Assembly (NCBI GenBank): GCA_964016885.1
Contig: OZ024740.1
Span: 373,302,001 to 373,366,000 of the forward strand
Direction of reading: 5' to 3'
DNA length: 64,000 nucleotides
From: Eledone cirrhosa
Taxonomy: Eukaryota
Below are positions 57,547-64,000 of this stretch, in pieces. How positions within the stretch are numbered: position 1 is the first letter of the stretch; every line of letters starts with the position of its first letter. The notes under the pieces were generated by a model. The model was not told the origin of the DNA, did no database searches, and worked only from the letters and a program-made list of their open reading frames with translations. A program made the translations under genes and the position numbers.

Positions 57547-58413
57547 GGTAATTGTAGTATATTACAGATATTATTTTACCTTCTATTTTACTTATTCTAA
57601 ACTGCCTTTGTTGCAGTGGAGGACGACGAGGAATGATTTATCCGAACTGAAATGTGCTAAATATCTCATAAAATTTCAGCCACAAAGAAGAATGCGTGAG
57701 AGATACTATAATTATTTCAACGGTATACACACATATTTCTCATATATATTTCATGGCAAGGATGCAGTTTGAAAATATAAGACATATGAAATCTTTTATA
57801 TGAAAGAGAAAAAAATTGCTTAGGTTGTATAAGTTAAAAATGTGTTAGCTGCATATCAAGCCTTTAATATTTTATCTGCTGTACTTGATCACTTGGTGCG
57901 AAAACTCAGGCAGGGTCTGCATATCAACTGAACTTGTTCAATAGTTAAATATTTCACAACTACACATGGTTACATATGGGGTAAACAATGTAAGTTTGAA
58001 ATATCCGCCTCATGAATTAACATGTAAGTGGTTGAGTATTCCTCAACGTCATGTATTCTTGAATCACGCAGATTTAACGTGAAACAATACGAAATGCTTC
58101 CAAAATATATTAATTAGTACTACTTCATATAGGGGGCAGTAATTTCAGTTGCATTCATAGAATATGTTTAAAGAGATTTGACAAAGATGTCATAAGGTGA
58201 GATCGAGTATTGTATATTATAATCGCGGAAGCGAAATCATTTTCAACTCTACTATGTATGGTTAACTAACAGACGCATACACGTGCACTACAATTCCCAC
58301 GAAAAAACGGTGCATGTGTAGTGTAAAACGATGAAACAATGCAATTTCTGGTCAAACACACACACATACACTCGCACACACACACACATACATCCACAGA
58401 CACACACACACAT

Positions 58414-58447
<34 letters not shown>

Positions 58448-58576
58448 GCATCCAAATCATGAATGAATGCCCTGGGGATGCTTTAGAATTACGTCATAAT
58501 ATTAAAGTTGAAATGCGTGTAGACGTTTATCATATTATTTGTAGTACCTATTTTGTTGTCAGTTGATTTAAAAGAT

Positions 58577-58624
<48 letters not shown>

Positions 58625-59776
58625 CTATATATATATGCATGTATGTGTATGTGTGTGTGAGTGTGGGTGGGTCTATGCGTATGTGTGTTCGTGTGTTCGT
58701 GTGTGCGTGTGTGTGTCTATACATATAAATTTGCAAATGTAGGATCCAAAATGCAGGGAATAACTGTAATAACATCCGAATGGTACGAATAACCAAATTA
58801 GTAAATCGGGTAAGGAAATCTGAACCGCACCCGTGCGGAGAATCAAACTTGGTATCTCGTGAAATCGGGCAAAGTGAATTTCAATTACATTAGCGGCTGG
58901 CATGTTAAAAGTAAGTAGGTATACCGAATAGAGACGGATGTAAAGAAGCCTTATACATTGTTGAATCATTTAATGATTTGAAAATCGAAATGATGGGTTC
59001 AAATATGCAGAAGATATCTGCAACAACAGTCGATATCTACATGTAATAAGCCGCTAAAGCAAATCTTAAAAAAGTACAATTCTAATAACGGTCGTGCATG
59101 ATGTGCAAATGGTTAGATGCAAGACCACGAAAATCCAATATCAACATGCTGTCCCTTTATTATTACATACACACGTTTCAACATTGCTCGATATGCAACC
59201 AGCACGTATATGTCTAGATGGGACCAGTGGAAAATATAGTCATTGACAGTTCTGAACATATAGAAGTTATGTTAGTATATATCCTAGTCGTATGTTACTC
59301 AGAATTGAACACATCTTCATACACAAAAAAAAAACACAAATAGCCCCTCAAATATTGATGCAACACAGAACAACAAGAGTCATAAACAAGCACTATGGAA
59401 ATCACACCCATCACACATATTTTGCATCTGCATCATTGCCTATATCCCGAACGATAATACTCCTTATAACAGTTTGTTCCTGATTTTTTTTTTCTTTTTA
59501 AAAGATGCCTGTTTACGAACAGCACATGCTTTCTCTATTTTCAGCTCTTTTGCCAGTTTTTCTTTTTTACTCTCGCCTGCGTGCGTTGTTTGCGTCTTTC
59601 TCTCCTATCCGTTTATCTCTTTGCACTAGCATCCGACGAAGAGCTATCGTCTGAACCGTTAAGGCTGTTTTCCGAACTATACAAATCGTTAAACAAATAT
59701 GCCATGAATGCATTGTTCTCCCATGTAATCTTTCCTTGTTACGTTTCACCCCCCCCCCACACACACACATATGTAT

Positions 59777-59874
<98 letters not shown>

Positions 59875-60622
59875 GTGCACATGTACAAAGATAAGCATAA
59901 CAAGAATTTGTTGCGTTTCATCTGCAAACAACTCTCATTGATTATGCATGAAAAATGCGCAAACGTCTACTGAAGGAATCAATACGTAATGTTATTGATC
60001 TTGGTATGAGTTTAAAGTCGATAAATTCTTTAAAACATACAGATAGAAAAAACACAAGCAACGCAACACTTAAAACAGTATATTCAATAATGGATGTGCG
60101 TAATCGCAATTTTTTCTTTAGTTTTCGCTTAGAACTTTCTCTCACTTCGATATTTTCTTAGTTTTGGCTATTTTTACTAAACACAAAAACAAAAACAAAG
60201 GAAAAACAGGAAAAATAAAAATAAACGTAAGATGCGTATAAACGAAAAAGAAAAAACCGAGTAAAATACATTTCTTATCGATTTTAATCGGCCTAGTGAA
60301 ATAGAAATAAATTAATGAATTTTAATTTTTTTAATTTTAAAAATGCTTTTTCAATGTTATCTATTAATTTATTTTGCTTCTTGTATGAGGCTATATCTTC
60401 AGATATTTCACATAGTTTCACAATACACATACACAGGTGCACCATATACACCCACGCATATATACACACACATACATATACATAGATACATATACATACA
60501 CATACATACACACACACACATATACACATACATATACATATATATGTGTGTGCATATATGCGCGGGAGTACGTGTGTGTGACGTTGTGAATGCCTCTGTA
60601 TGTGTATTTGTCGGTATGCAAG

Positions 60623-60657
<35 letters not shown>

Positions 60658-61138
60658 ATATATATATTTATATATATATACAAATGTATAAGTATGTATG
60701 TATGCATGTTTGTACGAACGCACCTCTGTCTTTATGTATGTAAGTACGTACATATTGTGATGGTTTCTATGTATAGAGAGATAGGTGGGGAGAGAGAGAT
60801 GTGATTCTAAGTTTGAGTGATTTTACTTGCTTCTTGTTTTGCGTTTATTAGCATGTATGAAATATTTGCATATATAGAATTTTAGTAGGTTGTTCATTAT
60901 TATAACGATCCATTTTCATGTTTATATAAAATGTAGTTTTTAAACTGAATGAAATTCTATAATTTGGTTAAACTCATATGTTTTTTCTGGTTTGTTAGAA
61001 ATACTTATGAAACACATATATTTTCCAAATATTGTGGAAATTTTCCTTTGTTTTCTCCATATTATACGAATGTTATTGGCGTATGGTTTTATTTTCTCTT
61101 TGATTTCATATTAAATCTTTTCTGAATAAGTTTATATC

Positions 61139-61204
<66 letters not shown>

Positions 61205-61318
61205 GAGTGAGAGAGAGATATATATATAATATATATATAGTGATAATAATAAATTTGAAGACTAAAATCGAAAGACGTCTGGATAAGGATAAATATATAT
61301 CAACTATATATATGTATG

Positions 61319-61492
<174 letters not shown>

Positions 61493-61594
61493 ATATTATA
61501 TGGTTATATACATATACATATGTATGCATATATATGTATGTAAATATATATCTATGTATATATATATATATATATATTTATGTATATATATATG

Positions 61595-62806
61595 CCGAGG
61601 TGGCAACACCTATCGGGTAATCTTCTTTAGAATCCTCGAAAAACACTTCCCTCTACAACACGGCTACCACAACATAATCCCCAAAACACCATCACACTCT
61701 CCTACAGCACCACACCTAACTTCGCACAAACCATCGTCTCATCAAACAACAAAAAACTCAACCCCTATGGAAACCAAACGCTTACTGTCAACCCCTTAAA
61801 CTCAACCCCTTAATGACCAGAGCTAACTCTTACACGGGAGGACACGTCCGTGTAACTTATGCACGGAGGAAACATTACAAATGCTGTTTTCGAAGGACCA
61901 ACACCTGAACAAGAAAGACGAACTGGTAACTGCATGCAAACACAGATTGCGTAGGACTTACCTCACCCTCAAACCCCATAACGACCCGGGTGGGTAGACA
62001 AGGGCTGATACCCCCCCCCCCAAATCACACACTTTCCGAATAAGTTAGGGGACACCCTAGCTTACATATGTAGATGTATCTGTTTTCTTTTATTTTCCTC
62101 ATTGTCTTCTACCCCTGTATCATCCTATCACTTCCTTCCACCCCTAATCTCATCCTCGTCTGCTTTTCCCCTTTCGCCTACTCCCATGCAGCCCATTGGG
62201 CCTCTGTAGCATCAGTTTCCCAACCCCTGTAATTTTAAGATAGAATTGGCCGAATACGTTTTACTAACTACTTATAGCAAACGTGTTAAACCCCTTTAAT
62301 TTTGTATCAGTTTTGGTACAACTCAATTTCTACAAGTTTTTTTCTATTTTCAACTTATTAAGCTGTAATTGTAAGATAGCATTGTGATTTATTTATTCAT
62401 TTCTCACTATCTAATTGTATATATGTTTTATTTATTTCTATTATATTTTATTGTCTCCTACTCTCATTCGATTTACCTAATTCTATAACCTCCCTCCTCC
62501 ACTTCGTACACTATCCTTAGAATCTGCTGTATACATATCTCTTTCAACGCTTGACCGCTCCACTCACTCCCCTATTGTTCTACAGGCAAGTTCACCCACA
62601 CCTAGCTCCCACCAAATGATATGATAGACTTATATGTGTTTACAACAAATGTTAACCAATCCTCTTGACAACTACAATCTTCCCATATAAGGAAGTACCC
62701 CCTTGACATGTTCGGCTATTGATTCACCAGGCTAAACATTCTAATTTAGTCCAGAAATAGCCGTTAAAACGGCTTGAGCGCTACCATCGGGGTAATACTT
62801 TTTTCT
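61595..62806 (+). mobile_element. Degraded PLE family D (Hydra-like), internally deleted
   Basis: [13 protein letters not shown].. followed by RPCNLCTEETLQMLFSKDQHLNKKDELVTACKHR (about 61845-61945), the same CxLC..LN..E..CxH end as 17759-18163. Long 3' region with an HHR; (TA)n flanks. Confidence 0.8.
62696..62794 (+). ncRNA. Decayed hammerhead motif with expanded stem II, family D
   Basis: Stem I TACCCC/GGGGTA; stem II CGGCTATT..AATAGCCG. The core is mutated here, but the 3' half is intact (GAAAC..GTC) in copies at 23610 and 40935. Confidence 0.5.
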
Positions 62807-62817
62807 ATATACATATA

Positions 62818-62863
<46 letters not shown>

Positions 62864-62879
62864 TTATATATACATACAT

Positions 62880-62916
<37 letters not shown>

Positions 62917-62918
62917 TA

Positions 62919-62985
<67 letters not shown>

Positions 62986-63500
62986 CTTGACAATATGAGA
63001 GGTGAGTCAGATCGGATGGTATTTCACTGCAAGGGACGTGTTTCTCTCTTTGTAAACTGGGACAACAGACAAGGACAGGCAGTTTTCAGGAATATAGACA
63101 GCATCCACAGATTAGCAAGTGGTGATGCAATTTGGTTTCGACACACCTTCAAGACAAAAGCAGGAAACCTATCGGGGCTTACTGCCGAGTAGTGTTTAAT
63201 TTCGTTTATTGCCGCTAATATATCAAGGGTACCAAACACTATGTGCGATAGTGTGTTGGGGATTAACATCACTGATACAGCCCAAATCGGTCATATCAGG
63301 ATTGCTGAAATTAGATTAGTACTGTTTCTGAATTATCTCACCCACGGATTTGGCATTATCTTGGAGAGTGTCATTTTCATCAATTAGAGGGTCAACAGTG
63401 GAGGTAGTGACGTTGTGTATTTTTGTCAATGAACAGAATAATTTGGGGCTAAGTTTGATTTTACAATGGCCCAATTCTCCACAGCTGTTCTTTGGTGATT
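62986..63500 (-). mobile_element. CR1/Jockey-like LINE RT fragment
   Basis: DILAAINEIKHYSAVSPDRFPAFVLKVCRNQIASPLANLW resembles the S(A)xGPDxxP..LK.C RT domain-0 motif. Confidence 0.65.
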
Positions 63501-64000
63501 GATGATGGTCTTAATGCATTGTTGGAGGTTATATTTTTGTATTTGACCATTGGAATAGCCATCGAATTTGTGTGTTGCTGTTGGCAGTATTTTAGTTTGT
63601 TAAGGTTTTTTGTTTGTTCTTTTTACTTTTCTGATAATAGTTTTTTTTTCCCTATTTTGGGGGATTCTGCATTTAGCTTTGTTCACAGGTTTTGGTGGGG
63701 TGTGTTGTGTATATATGTTTGTACAGTGTCTACAAAGATTTGGCAATATGTGTTGATATTGGTGGAAATGTGTGCGTGTATAAAAGACCAGTCAATATGT
63801 GATAGCTCGTTCATGATTGTATCCTAGTTGACATTATAGAGATCCATATGATCAAATGGACGGACAGGATAGAGGTAACAAGGTATCTCAGGTTACAGAG
63901 AACCATGTCATGGTCTCAATGAAGGGTTTCTTCCACTGTAATATTATGTATAGCGTTAGTGTAATTCCTAAACACTAGGTTCAAAATGTTATGCTGATAT

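Overview
AT-rich, repeat-dominated eukaryotic DNA with very dense (TA)n/(CA)n microsatellites, probably from an octopus or other cephalopod (inferred from repeat content only). I found no confident host protein-coding gene, and most listed ORFs are microsatellite translations. The real content is mobile DNA. There are several families of Penelope-like retroelements (PLEs; RT plus C-terminal GIY-YIG endonuclease), nearly all 5'-truncated and sitting in (TA)n tracts. There are also about a dozen tRNA-derived SINEs, RTE and CR1/Jockey-like LINE fragments, a probable non-autonomous Helitron and a minisatellite. The main signal is a set of hammerhead-ribozyme (HHR) motifs in the PLE 3' ends: compact cores, cores with a 50-80 nt stem II, and one with no stem II. 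Most PLE insertions are inverted pairs with 3' ends pointing outward, where one arm has the full 3' tail and the other stops early at an internal AT-rich site. A nested cluster of these insertions spans about 11.7-22.8 kb. Family labels A-G are mine. Coordinates were read by eye and element ends may be a few bases off.
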